From Patellaria atrata CBS 101060 (lineage: Eukaryota), in contig MU006089.1 in the NCBI GenBank assembly GCA_010093705.1, positions 2,095,561 through 2,159,560 of the forward strand: a stretch of DNA of 64,000 bases, read 5' to 3'. Every line of letters starts with the position of its first letter. Position 1 is the first letter of the stretch. The notes beneath the pieces were generated by a model, which saw only the letters and a program-made list of their open reading frames with translations, was not told where the DNA came from and made no database searches. The translations under genes were made by a program, and so were the position numbers. Of this stretch, positions 1 to 13,000 are shown piece after piece.

Positions 1-575
1 CCAAAATCTTCGCATGATGTTAATATATACCTCATCGATACTTGCTTAAACGCAAGATTTATTTTTGGTCATGTGCTTAACGGTTAGTAGAAGGAGAGAT
101 TGCTATAAGTATCTAAAATCTCAGTGAAAAATCTCGAAGATCCAGACTATAAGGTTCTTTTTTGGGTGAAGTTGTGGAAGTTCAGTTTCTCTGGAGACGT
201 GGTTAGAGGTAACGTGACTCTATTTTCCATCACGCTTCCAGAAAACTGAACTTTATACTACCTCACCTAAAAATTTCATATTGCATACCAATCTTCGAGA
301 TTTCTCGAGGAGATTATAGATAACTATTTAAGCAAATGACCAAAAAAAAAAAAGAAAAATCACGCTCTTTCTAAGAACGTCTCAAGGACTATTTCATACC
401 AAGATCGATACGAAAGATGTCCGTGCACGTAACCTAAGCATATCCTAGATCTTAGCATAAAAAGAATTTTAGTCCTTTGAAAACGTCAAGATTTTTTTTG
501 GTCATTGGCTTAGAAAGAAGTAAAAGGGGAATCGGCGCAGTTATCTAAAGCCGCGATGAAAAGTCTTAAAGATCG
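1..575. repeat. Degenerate AT-rich foldback/inverted-repeat element (MITE- or foldback-like), probably extending beyond the window start
   Basis: Inverted arms: 62-80 vs 328-346 (1 mismatch), 129-141 AAATCTCGAAGAT vs 291-303 (perfect), 178-188 vs 243-253 (perfect). 328-346 also pairs with 495-512. 48-142 resembles 481-575 as a direct repeat. Confidence 0.7.
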
Positions 576-860
576 ATATGCGATGGAGACGTTATTGATA
601 TTTCACTTTTGCGCAGTGGTGAAGCAGAAATACTGCTAATCGGCCGAACTTCAACCGATCTCGAATCCCCGTGCATTCCCAAAAGATTCCCCATCCGACA
701 GACACAGAACAGAACAGAATAAGCTACCCATTCATCGCCCACACAATCCCGTGCTCCTACCATCACCGCTCCCATCGCATCCTCCGCAACTCCACAACCT
801 CACACGCCCACCTCACCGGGTCCCCATTCGAAAAACCAACTCGACCGATCAGCACACACG

Positions 861-1223
861 ATGCCCCCCAAAGGTATCGCCAGCATCCAACGCCGCGGCC
901 ACGGCAGAGAGCAACCCGGCTACGCGCGCACGGCGCTGAGCGCGCTCGTCGCGCAGGAGAACCGCAGCGTCGTAATTGCTGTGGGGGTTTTTGCTGTGAG
1001 TTTTGCTTTCTCCTTATTATCTAATATGATTTGGAACACGTTTGGGTTCAGGGATGAGACGGGATGAAGTTGGGTTTTAGTCGTTAGGTGTTAGATAAAG
1101 GGAGAGGAAGGAGGATGATACCGTGTTGATGCTTCTGGAGTGTGAGTGAGAGCTAATTTTTGAGGACAGGCGGCGGTTACCTTCTTCCATAGCAATTGGA
1201 GCGAGATTTTGATCCCCGCGTGA
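861..1223 (+). CDS. TOM6: Mitochondrial outer-membrane translocase small subunit Tom6 (62 aa, 2 exons: 861-995, 1170-1223)
   Basis: Intron GTGAGT(996)...GCTAAT...CAG(1169). Spliced product MPPKG...ENRSVVIAVGVFAAAVTFFHSNWSEILIPA matches the size and C-terminal TM pattern of filamentous-fungal Tom6. Confidence 0.8.
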
Positions 1224-1778
1224 GGAGTATTGGGTCGAGAGTCAGGGGCTAGAAGATGAGGGTATTACTCTATGCTCGATGTTGGGGCGGATAGACAGAG
1301 GAGGAGATGGCAAGGGGAAGAGTAACAAAGGCCATCGAACATCTTGTGGGAATGAGAGGTTGCGAAAACCGTGTACTGTACAATACTAGCATATCCGGGG
1401 CGTTCTGGGTGAATCTCTTATCGCAACTCTGTTCGATCTTCACTGCATTCACTGCATTCACTTCGTATCGAATTTATTGAATAAAAGCCGTAGAGGGAGA
1501 TATTTTGTATTGGTTACAAAGAATCAGACACTACATCTAAACAAATCTAACCTCCGGAAAACGCCCGCGCTATTCATGCCCCGGCGACTACAAGCAATCG
1601 GAAGAGGGGTGTACGTCGTAGCAAAACTATATTGCTTAGGGGGGAATAAAATGACATGGGGATATCAAATGACAAATGGTGCAGAACAATCTCCCTGAGA
1701 TGGATAGAGTATATGCTCGCGAGGTATCGTAAGATGAAAACAAAATATAGCAGAAAATAAAATGCGGGAAGAGGATTT

Positions 1779-3620
1779 TTACAATTCTTGTACCCAGATC
1801 TATTAAATATGAGTTAGTATTAATGATATATGGGATGTATGAGTAGTGGAAGGGATATCTTCTCACCTCCATCTTGCCCATATCACTCTTCTCCCTCCTC
1901 GCATTCGACTTACTGGACTGGATCGCCATATCCAAGTCGTCCTGATCAGCCATGGTGATCATATCTTCATCATCACGGATCTTAATCTTGAAGTCGCGCC
2001 TTAGGGCAAACTTATCCCTGATTTGCTTAACAAGGCCTTGAAAGTCCTTGTTCGGGTCGAACATAACGTAACGGGTGTCCTCAGCATGCACTTTAATCCG
2101 AATGGTCTTGACGTCGGTTCGGAATGTTCTCGATCTTGACATGCCACGCCCGGGAGATGGACGACGTCTTGACTTGGCCCGAGAGACCATCTCGAACTCC
2201 GCGTCGTCGGAGTGCTCATAGTCATCCTCGTCATCCTCTTCTTCCTCCTCGATGTACATAGGACGTTGGCTCTTTGACCGTCTGGAGTAACTACCAGAAG
2301 ATGGCTTATTGTACATATCATACACATCATCGGACAAGCCATCTTCATCCTCGTCTGAAGTAACACGCCTCAGATTGCTACCACCACGACGGCCAGTCTC
2401 ACTTCTAGCTGATGAGGATATTGAGTTACCCCTGGAAGGTCTGGGACGTTCAGAAGCAGATCTCTGTGTACCAATGCGAGGTTTCTCAGCTTGGGCGCTC
2501 TGGTCGAACGCAGCTCGTCCTAGTTCCAAAGCTGGTGGTTTAGGACCACCTCCCCTAACCGACTGTGCCCGGCTCATACCACCTCCTGCATTGTTGTCTT
2601 TAGCAGCAGGTCGGTCGCTCTCCGGTGGTGGGGTTGGCGGGAACACGTTGCGGTTGATCGGGGGTTCGGATTGTTGTCTGGAGCGGCTTGTGATACCGGG
2701 TTTGACGAGATTTGAGGCCGCAAAGGATATCTTCTCTTCTGGTCGATCGTCCTTCGCAGCTCCGGCAGCTAACTCGTTGATCTTCATCCTTTCGGCGCCG
2801 GCGAATCCTGTGAAAGCATTGCTCCTGTCTGATGCTGCAACTAGACGGGCCTTGCCTAGATAGTCCTTGGTCTTTAAGTTCTTCACTTTGGCCTCGTTCG
2901 GTCTGTACACAATCCCCACAGGAATGGAAAATACAGTATAGCCCTAATAGGATTAATCATGAGTTTACGATCGTCTTTAATTAGCTTTATCAAATACCTC
3001 TGCTTGTTCTCTTATAGCCTCGTCAATAACGTCGTGATCAGGGACCACTTTCTCCTTAGCCGCATAGGTCAGATCTTGCAGACCAAGCTCATTCTGTTGT
3101 AGATAGATGTAACACAGTCCTCGATTGAACAGTGCTTCGCAGGAGTATAGCTTGAATTTGAGACCAAGTTGGTCGTAGTCGATGCAGTTATTACCGCGAA
3201 GATAATGAAGGGTGTCGTTGAAATTCGCAAGAGCTTCCTCAAAATCACCCATTAAAAAGTTGGAAACGCCTTGTTGAAAATATGCGACCGCGAGAAACTG
3301 ATCCAGGCGCACAGCACGCTGGTAACAGTCCACCTATATAGACATTAGTAGGGCTTAAGGGGATCTCTTGGCTAAATTTGTTGCGTACTGCTTTCTCATG
3401 TTCACCTAACGTTGCGTGTATTACACCGCAATTGAACAAGATTTTGGAGGTATCTGAGATAGCATCGAAAGATTTAAGAGCTTCATCAAACTCATTATTG
3501 TCGTAGTGAGCCAAAGCCGCCACCCAGGTCTCGATTTCCTAAATCCCCTATGTTAGCCGTTTGCTCTTTATGGGAGAATGGGTGGTAGAAGAGCTGATGA
3601 CTTACCTGCTTAAGAGACAT
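1779..3620 (-). CDS. noxR: NADPH oxidase regulator NoxR (p67phox-like; N-terminal TPRs, C-terminal PB1), 5 exons
   Basis: Starts MSLKQ|EIETWVAALAHYDNNEF. TPR segments FLAVAYFQQGVSNFL and IDYDQLGLKFKLYSCE. PB1-like IRIKVHAEDTRY...MITMADQDDLDMA, ending KME|IWVQEL*. Four canonical introns. Confidence 0.95.
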
Positions 3621-5001
3621 GTTGAAATCTTCGTTCTCTATCTCAATACTACTTTTTGAGGAGAACGGATACACACGGAGTCGTGAGAGCTATGGAAGAG
3701 CTTCTGCTCCGAACGTAGAACTTCGCCGGCTCACCACGAGGATGGTTCGACGTGATGCGATATTTCTATTCTTCTAATCTTCTCTTGGCAATCGATAGCT
3801 TCTTGGAGTTGTTCGGGGCGTGTATGCGATGTGATAATCCGAGAAAAAAAGGTCTCTCCTGTTCTCTGCGTGGAGGTTATGCCAATTAAATCCCTAGCCG
3901 CCTGGGCTTTCGCGTCGTCTGCGGGGTCTGGTACCCTCGGAGATCTTCCTCGATTAGATAGTGGGTATGGTAAATGTTCAATTAGTACTGGTAATAGTTC
4001 AGGAGAGGTCGTATTGCATTCGGTCTCGAAGATCAGAAATCTATCATAGCAAAGGATACTGCAGAAGGGGGAAGTTAAGGATAGTAGATTGAACCGAGGA
4101 CGGCACAGTAGTAGAAGTGAATTGGAGAGAGTGTCAGCGGCTCAGCACGCCCAGAAAGAGAGAGATATTAGGCTGGTGGACGAGTAAGCGAGTGGGCAAG
4201 TGCAGGTTCTTTAGGAGTTGAAGGCGTCAGTTGTCGCCAGTGAAGTTCCCAGGAGGGTTTTGGTGATGATATTTGGCGTTTCGTAGCGATCGACTTTTCC
4301 TGTAACGGACGTCTCAAGAAATACAGGATGTTAAGGGTGACTGGCAGCCCCCAAATGTGATTGGAGGTCATACAGTGATACGCCGGGTAGCAACTTTAGA
4401 GCGGGGGAGCCACAGCGCTTGCAACACCCGAACTGTGAACTGAATACCGTAACTTACCTACAGTATACATGTACACCAACGCCTCTTGCGACTCTTGCGA
4501 ATGTTGTTCTCACTGAGTGCTGTTGGTCCCCATATCAATTGACACTGAACCTATCGTAGATTTCCCATCACGAGAGATATTCTTGATGGCCCCTTTTTCG
4601 CGATGAGCTACCTTTACGAGGTTTGCACTGTACCTTTTCGGCCTCGCTTGGTAACGCGAACTGTTTGATATCTGTATCACAACCTCGACCACATTCAGGC
4701 GCAGCCTTATCCGTTGATACGCACGTGATAGATCTGGTAAAATCGTCCATTAGCATTCGCCTATGCGGGCTTCAGATTTGCTTTGCATGAAGATCCACGT
4801 CAGAGCGCCAACTGATCGTTATTCTGAAGCATGCCTGCCACATTAAAACCCGAAAATATCTTTATCTTTTTCATTGTAGGCTTCATCCCTCGTCTCGACT
4901 TATCTCTCTGTCCCTCAAATTTGCCAAGTATAATGGTTATATTCTATACAGCTGCTGGTGCCGTGGAGTGAGCGGAAACATACATGTTGGTTCGGCCTGC
5001 C

Positions 5002-5922
5002 TCATAACATCCCACGACCAACTTGTTCCTTGCGCTCCTCCCAGACTGTCTTCCCAGAGCACGAGCAGACCGTTTTATCGTTGTCCCAGACACCTGCACT
5101 TCTCGCTATGACGCCAACAAGCGTATCAGGATCGTTCTTATCAAGTGCCCCGTCTTGGTCTCTGGATACTACTACGCTTCTTCCGATCATTTCCCATATT
5201 TGGATAGGTTTGTCGAGAAAGACGGACCCTATGCCACTCTGTCCGACTTGAATAGTTCCAAAGATACCTCGACATGGACTGCCTTCTTTCTTTGCTCTCA
5301 CACTCTCCCATATACCACCGGTGGACTCTGGTCCCTGGGATATATCTCCTGACTCTCTAATCGTCGCCCAGTATTTTCCTGGTGACAATCCCTTAATAGT
5401 GAGATCAATAATTGTCAAGTTGGGAGCAACTTGAACCATGCGTACAAGACCTCGAACATAATCTTTGACGGACGGAGAAAATGTTTCTAAGATACAGACC
5501 GCAGCACCTGTCGCGAGACTTTAGGAATTTGATCGCTAGGAATCACCTAGGATAGTTGAAACGTACTATCAGATGTCCCACTTCCACGTAAAATTGCGTC
5601 TCGACCGGTTGCTTCAATTGCCGCAACGATTGCTGAGGGAGCAGCTGTTCCTTCGATTGAAATGAGTTGTTTAGCCAGATCAGCGTTTACTTTGTGTATT
5701 CCTGGTAGTGAATTAGCATACTGCAGTATACAAATAATTAACACATACCATCGACTTTATATAGAGAGGTAGAAACATCTTTGACACAGCTATCGCAGGT
5801 CATAGGCACGGCAAAAGTAGTCTGATATTTTATTAGCCTTCTATCTCAGTACGTTCACTTGTATTGGCGTGCATCTTCGGTATGCTGAGGTGGGAATATA
5901 CCTCGAACGTCGGTATAGTCAT
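5002..5922 (-). CDS. CCS1: Copper chaperone for Cu/Zn superoxide dismutase (4 exons)
   Basis: N-terminal HMA motif FAVPMTCDSC, SOD-like domain, C-terminal VIARSAGVWDNDKTVCSCSGKTVWEE (CxC). Three GT-AG introns. Confidence 0.95.
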
Positions 5923-6276
5923 CTTGGGGGTCTTAAAAGAGAATATGTAGTATCTTTCGCAATGAACTCAAATATTATATTACTGTTAAACATAGTTTTC
6001 CAAAGAAAACGATATCAGGTGAAGCTTAGAAATCGTCGTCTTCTCGAAAGGCAAGTGAGCGGGACCGGGGAGACTTCCGCAATTGATTCCTTGGCATCAA
6101 TTTGAGCTCCCAAACTTTCGGCGACTCCCATGCAATTTCATCGATAATTGTATGAATTGGGAGTCAACTTTAACAACTCTATTTCTATGATATCGTCTAC
6201 ACTTCAAATTCTACGGTAATACGTACATCGCCATCCTCTCGGTCTCCTGAGCCCAAAGGGGCTCGCTCCTCACAGC

Positions 6277-6961
6277 ATGTCGCAAACCATCGGTAGGGTA
6301 CGTTCACCACAACCCCCATCCCTTCAGCAAGACGATTACTCCCATCTCCTCAGCTGCTTTTATCTCTTCTGATACTTTCTATCCTTGGAATGATATACTC
6401 ACAACGCCTAGACCCGCCTCGCCTACGCCCGCTCCTGGCACCTCATAGACGTCGGCTCCGACACACGCCCTCTCGGTCGAATCGCCAGCCAAATCGCGCT
6501 CGCCCTCATGGGCAAGCACAAACCGATCTTCGACCCGTCAACAGACTGCGGGGACTACGTCGTCGCCGTCGGCTGCCACGACCTGCACACTACCGGCAAA
6601 AAGCGCTTCCAAAAGAAGTACTATCGGCATAACACCCGCCCGGGCAGTTTGAAGGAGATCACGATGGACAAGATGTTTGAGAAGTGGGGAGGTGCGGAGG
6701 TGCTGAGGAAGGCGGTTAGTGGGATGTTGCCGAAGAATAGGCTGAGGGCGCCGCGGTTGGCGAGGTTGAAGGGTGAGTGGAACTTTCTCGGTTGGGGTTG
6801 GGGTTGAAAATGGGAATGTGTTGATGCTGATAATTGGAATAGCGTTTGAAGGTATGGCACATCCGTACTTGCAGAATATCTTGAAGGTGGCAGAGCTACC
6901 ACAGGTGCAGGAGACGTTGGCAGAGGCAAAAAACGAAGTACAGGTGCCGGTAGAGAAATAA
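6277..6961 (+). CDS. MRPL23: Mitochondrial large ribosomal subunit protein uL13m (3 exons)
   Basis: MSQTIGR|TRLAYARSWHLIDV...LGRIASQIALALMGKHKPIFDPSTDCGDYVV...AVSGMLPKNRLR, the L13 signature. Introns begin GTACGT and GTGAGT. Confidence 0.93.
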
Positions 6962-7197
6962 TCAATAGATCGCATAAGAGGGCGTTCAGGGGCAAGATTT
7001 GACGTTATTATTATTATTACTTTTGAGTATCGAAGTGGTCAAAGATCGAGGTTTACACTTGTTGTATATTGATATGTATCACTACTATGTACAGAGATGA
7101 TCTCAAGACGCCTATACTCCCTCGCTAAATGAGTGAAATATGTTTATAAATTTTCAGACACGAATCCACCCATCAAATACAATTCAACAACGGGGAA

Positions 7198-8219
7198 CTA
7201 CAACTTTGACTTGGGAGAACGGCTAACGGTGCACTCGATCAAACCGTTCGGGTCTGACTGAGGAGCATACACAGTCGCGTTCTTTCCGGTGTTCTTGATG
7301 CCCCTGTGCCAGCTGAGATCTACCAAAGCTCGTTAGTAACAGAATGAAAATTTGCAACTTCAGGGTGAACCTACCAATCTCAAAATAGTGTTTGTTCGGC
7401 AGAGAATAATCAACGGACTCAACCAGGGGTACAGCTTCCAGGATCTGATCCGACATCTTATACATAGTATTCTGCACACTTGCGCTATTATCCTTAGCGA
7501 AGGTATCGGTCGTAATCTTTGTGACGGATTGGAACGCAGGATCGAACTTAGCAACCGCATCTTTGACCGCAGGGATTGATGGGAACATCTTCCACTGCCA
7601 GGCGGCATCAACCTCAGTGCTTAAGATACGATCCCACGTCTCCGGAAGTTGCGTGTACTCATCCCTGTGGAAACCGTAGAAGGCTGATCCGGTGCTCTTG
7701 AGCACTAGCAGACCCTTGAGACCAGACTTGATGGATATACCCTTGCCCTCTCGCGCGAGGGCATAGACTGTGCGCTTCTCACTGCCGTCACGAAGGAAGG
7801 AGTGAGGGTGTGGTTTTCCATCAACGGTCATGCGCGTCCATTTGTGCACAACAACGGTGATATGTGCGGCGTGGATATGGTTGTATGTAGTAACATAGTG
7901 GTTTGCGAGGATGGCGGCGTAGAGCTCAGGGGGAGTGACTGGGTTCTGCTTGGCCGTGATGTATGCGGTTTGCTTCTGGGTATCGGTCCTGGTAAGGCTG
8001 TTAGCTACCTTAAGGTAGAATTCGCTGGGGTTTCGGGGAAGGAACATACGCTACGATGACCGAGTTGTCTGCTTTGGTATATGAGGTCTCAATGTCGCCT
8101 TCGAGCAGACTCTCGACAGTCATTTCTACCACGGATTGGGTTCCATCCGGATGCAATTCCCTCTTCAGGATACGGACGTTGCTCTTGCCATAGCGAGCGC
8201 TGGATAGTTGGGCGGGCAT
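7198..8219 (-). CDS. uaZ: Urate oxidase (uricase), peroxisomal, 3 exons
   Basis: YGKSNVR, YTKADNSVIVA|TDTQKQT, VLKSTGSAFYGFHRDEYTQLPETWDRILST, SASVQNTMY, LPNKHYFEI|DLSWH. C-terminus ...PKSKL* (PTS1). Confidence 0.97.
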
Positions 8220-8582
8220 TTTGGAGATTGGAGCTAGATGTACGGTAGTGTATAGCTGAGGTATGGGTGTGGGTTCTGAGGTGGGATAATCTGGAGCCGG
8301 GTCTCAAGTTATATCAGTGTTCCTGTATCTCTAAAGGTGAGATTTGCTTTTGAATGATGATGCTGAGGCTAAGTTATCAAGCAGCGATCCGATTTCCTTT
8401 AATACGCAGATTTCCTCTTATCGGATCTACGCAGCACGGTGAGCTCCGCAAATGATTTTATAGCTTAACTTTGCTTCTTTCCCAGATCTGTCGACGTGCT
8501 ATGACCGTTGGGGATCTTAGAATCCCTAGAAACGGCGATCTAGATTAGTTGATGCAGCCTTTGCAGTGACTCTTTTCTCAAT

Positions 8583-8596
8583 TCGGCGCTCGCCGA
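8583..8596. promoter_or_regulatory. UaY-type Zn2Cys6 binding site TCGG-N6-CCGA upstream of uricase
   Basis: TCGG CGCTCG CCGA exactly, ~365 bp upstream of the uricase ATG. GATA cores lie nearby at 8285, 8374 and 8417. Confidence 0.7.
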
Positions 8597-10029
8597 CAAG
8601 ATCTTGGGGAAGGACATCAGCGCGGGAGCTTGGGCCGCCTACGCATTCTCAATATCTGCTTGTCTCGGACATCAAAAAATATTCATTCTCCACCTCTCAC
8701 ACCACTAAAATTTTCTCACTAATCAATGCCTTTCTATGTTCTCTAAACTTTCATCTCAGTGTCTGTGGTCTAGATGATGAGATGGAGAGCACACTATCTA
8801 TACACACAGTACAGATTTGGTTTGAATATTTGCCAGTCTCTTCTCGGCAATCGGCATGCCACGATACGTCTAAAGCTACGGTAGTAAGCTTTTCCGGCGA
8901 ACAATCATTTTTCAAAACTGCATCATGGAGGCCAGTCATGTTGAGATTTTGTTGTGCTTGTTCAGATATCAAGATATGATACTGAGTTGCCTTTAGTCAA
9001 GCCGACTACGACGTCCGGGATACTCGCTGCTATGACAGCTCGTTCACCTTGCGCGGATATTTCTGGTATCTTATGAGTCGACATTTCTGGACTATTGTCT
9101 TCTCACAGTACAGTACATAAACCGGCATACTGGCCAGTCCTGGTCGTTCATCGATCCTCAAGGCCCTGTACCAGTACGTCGTTGTACTGTACTGTACACT
9201 ACAGTACCATCGCTAGGCTCATCATGTTCTTCACTGGTCCTTATGGTCAACGACTCTGACCTCGTTCTGAGTGTCGGATACTTTGCAGCATACTAGAACT
9301 TTGTCGTTTTAAGGAAGCATATCTGATAGTGATCAGTTCAGCAGTCGGTTGATGCCTGGAGAGGATTGGGTGGTACTGTATCTTAGATCTGTATTTAGGT
9401 CTACCTGTAGCTAAAAGCATGAAAATCTTCACTCAGATGCAGATAGCAATATCTATTGCGTAAATATTATAGAAGAAGTAAATTATAAAGCTTACATTAT
9501 AAAGAGCATGAAATATTCCTGAAACAATTGCCAGTCTTTAATTTGCGGCTGCTCTGTTTCCGCCATATTGTAGCCAAGCTCCCATGAACCTGGCAGACAA
9601 GTGATGATCATCTCCGCTCCGCGCTCGACTCCCGTCATAACGCTGGGAAAGGCAACAAGCTACAAGTAGCACCTGTGCATATAGGTTTTAAACCTACTTT
9701 TCACTGTTTTCCAACGTATATCTCTACGCTCTTTGATTAACCTATTCTAACACGTTGCCCTAGTCATTCCTTCCATCGTCGACCACTCTGTAGCACCCTT
9801 CCTTACCACGGGGTCTAGCCTTCCTTTGCACTCCACCGTTCCGCCCCACACTACTCTTTCAGAGTACAATACCATAGTATACCTCATCAATCGCTTGATC
9901 AATGGCTAGATTATATGCACAATAAACTAACGGCGATAGACCACTACATAGAAGAGATGCGGTTGACTCGAAAAGAGATCTGGGCGATAAACAATACCGA
10001 CCTCTCGAGTCTGTCTCACGTTGCGCCTC

Positions 10030-13000
10030 ATGTCAGGCCAGGCAGAGACCCAGGCTACGGATCATAGCACACTCTATGTGCCTTCTAGGATTGGAAAAGA
10101 TGGGCGGTCTCTCTCCGCTGCCAGTATTTCCGGAGGTCTACGTGGACAATCGTATGCGACAACTGGACCGCCACCAGGAAGCTTCAGTTCCGAGCTTAGG
10201 TCTGCTGGGGCATCACGCAGCGAAACACCAAGGCCAGATTTTAGCGCTCATACAAGTTTCAAGGAAGAAGATGAACGTACAGCTTCAGAGCAAAGGCAGG
10301 CGGAACTCCGTGACCAGATCGATAAAGAGACGAAGATTAAGATAGGCTCGGAGAATCTCCTCGAAGCTCTCAACGCTAAGAATGCCAAACAAGCAAAGGA
10401 CCAGAAGCTACGCGTAGAAGCGGAATTGAACTCTTCGAATAGGAAGATTGAGCAATTGAAGCTTGGCTTAGAGGCTGAAATACAACGAGCGAAAGAGCCC
10501 CCTAATCCACCAGGTGGGAGGTTATCCTACCTTTTTCAGAAAGCGCCCGTACGGTCAGGTTCACGTCTAGCATTAAACGAAGATGTTGACGAAGATGTTG
10601 ACGAAGAAGAGGATGAATCGCCTACTTTCGTACTTGCAGAGATTCTACAAGCATTGGAAGCCGAGGGCATGCGACCGGACTACTATGTGGAACGCGCTAA
10701 TTCACTTGTTGATCTATTCAAACGACATCCAACGCTGAAATATGACCTCGCGTGGTCCATATTTGGGTTACGAATGCAGACAATGCTCCTCAGCGATAGT
10801 CGAGAGGTTGTGGCCGCTGGATATCGAGTCATGAGATATGCCATTGCCGATCGCAGGTCATTACAAACTATTCGAGCGCTACATACGGACTACCTTGTAA
10901 TTGTCTCTCTAGTCAAAGAAAGCAAAGCAAGTATCGAAAGAGAGCAAGCTTTGAAATTCGTGCGAGCTTTTCTTGACATCAAAGATGGTGTAAAGGAGAT
11001 ATCTTGTGCCGTCATACGAATTATTGCTGCTGTGGCAGAACATCCAGATGATCGGTTGAGAAGCATTTGTATCCTGACGCTCGCAGAGATCCTCGTCCGC
11101 GACCCAGCGTTGGTCGTAGCTGCAAGTGGCATCGGGACCCTCACTGAGGCTCTTGGTGAAGGTCATTATCACGCATCAGAGAGTTTGACGGGCGCTTTTC
11201 TTTTCCTGCTCGACTTACCTGATCGGCGCAAATACCTGAAATCTGGACACGAGCTTGAACTTCCATTTGCTGCTTTCACAGATTCTTCCGCAGGTCACGC
11301 ACATGAGGATAAACTAAAAGTAAATGCAAAAGTAATTGCAATGCTTTTACGAAGTTGGCCTGGTCTTATGACGCTTTCTATGAACAACTTCATGGCGATT
11401 AGATCTCTTCTAGCTTCTCTCTACATACCAACCCCCCATGTCCGCCACGTCCTGTTAGAACTTCTGATTGATATTCTTCGTATCAAATCACCATCGTGGT
11501 CTACTTCTTTCCTCGCTGGCAGGCGCTTGACGACTTACGGAAGAGTCACCAACCTCAGACCGGAAGGCAGTCGGGATGGCCCAACAGTGGAAACCGAAGA
11601 TGAATCAGAGAAGAGGAATTTGGTTGATCACTTCACCTCTGTCACCCTTGCCGTCTTTCTTCATGCGGGTCTACTACCTGCTTTGATGCATGCTGAAGAA
11701 GATGCTTTAAACCTGACCCTTAAACGAAAGACCACTCTACTACTTGGGGAGGTCTTAACAATGGCAAACCAGTTGCTTCCGAGCTCCTGGAGTGCAGAGC
11801 TCCAGGTACTTCCAGAATTACTACGGTCGGCCGCTAGATTCGGTGTTGAGGATCGTTTCATAGCTAGCAGTACAATATATCAAGTGGACAGTGTGAATCG
11901 AACATTATATCGGTTCAATCCGAATAATCCTGGTCATAAGAAGTCCAATTCTACAAACGACACGGATTCTAGCCAACGTCAACCGGAACAATCCAAAACA
12001 CCAATTGGTCCACAGGTTGATGAAGGCCAGTTTCGAACTATGATGCTCGATACACAGGTACTTAACACCGTAAATTTCACGAAGTGGAGGTGGGATATTA
12101 TCCAACAAATCATCGACGGCCCACTACTGAATTCCAAGCGTCTCGACGAAGCGATGCGTGTGACGAAGTTTGTTCATCGTGTGTTGGGCTTTTTCAGGCC
12201 GTTCAAATATCGGTTTTGTGAAGTTAAGAACACAAAGCCAAATCAACGATACGTAAGAGCTGGATGTGCTCTCATTTTAAGTCTTCTTCAGAATTCCGAG
12301 GGCGTACGATATCTAGCTGAAAGCAAACTTATCAGGCAATTGGCGGAATGTCTCTCACACTTTGATAGAATGAGTGGTCTAACCTCAGAGATGCCTTTGT
12401 TTACACCTCACAGAATGAACGAGACACTTACCGGGGGTTATTTTGCGATTCTAGGAGCAATGAGCAAAGATGCCCGGGGATTACAGATCTTGGAACGTTG
12501 GAAAGTCATTAACATGTTCTATCACATCATTGAATTGAGGGATCGGCCGGACTTGATCAAGGCATTGATATGTAATATGGACTACACCTTGGATGGACAT
12601 CCCCGCATCATTATATCAAAAGCTATGACTTCCTGCACAAAGGATATTCGGATATTCTCGACTCGCCTTCTTCGCAAATATGCTACCAAATCGTTACAGC
12701 CCTCCGAAAGCGGCGTTCCTGGGAGTGGGATAGCTGAATGGGCGATTCGCTTGCTTGTTACCCAACTCTACGATCCTGAGATAGAGGTATGTGAAGTCGC
12801 CATCAAAACCCTTGAAGAAGCTTGCAATCAACGGCACTCTCTCGAATATGTAGTCAAGTGCCGCCCGATGCTGGATCACTTGGGCGAAATTGGTGCTCCC
12901 TTACTTCTTCGGTTTTTGTCGACTTCAGTTGGCTATCATTATTTGGATGGATTGGACTACATTAACAAGGAGATGGACGATTGGTTTCTTGGACGTAATG

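Noticed and set aside
9100..9210. Cluster of CAGTA/TACTG words
   Set aside because: Short, irregular low-complexity motif common in fungal intergenic DNA; no regular array and not CRISPR-like.
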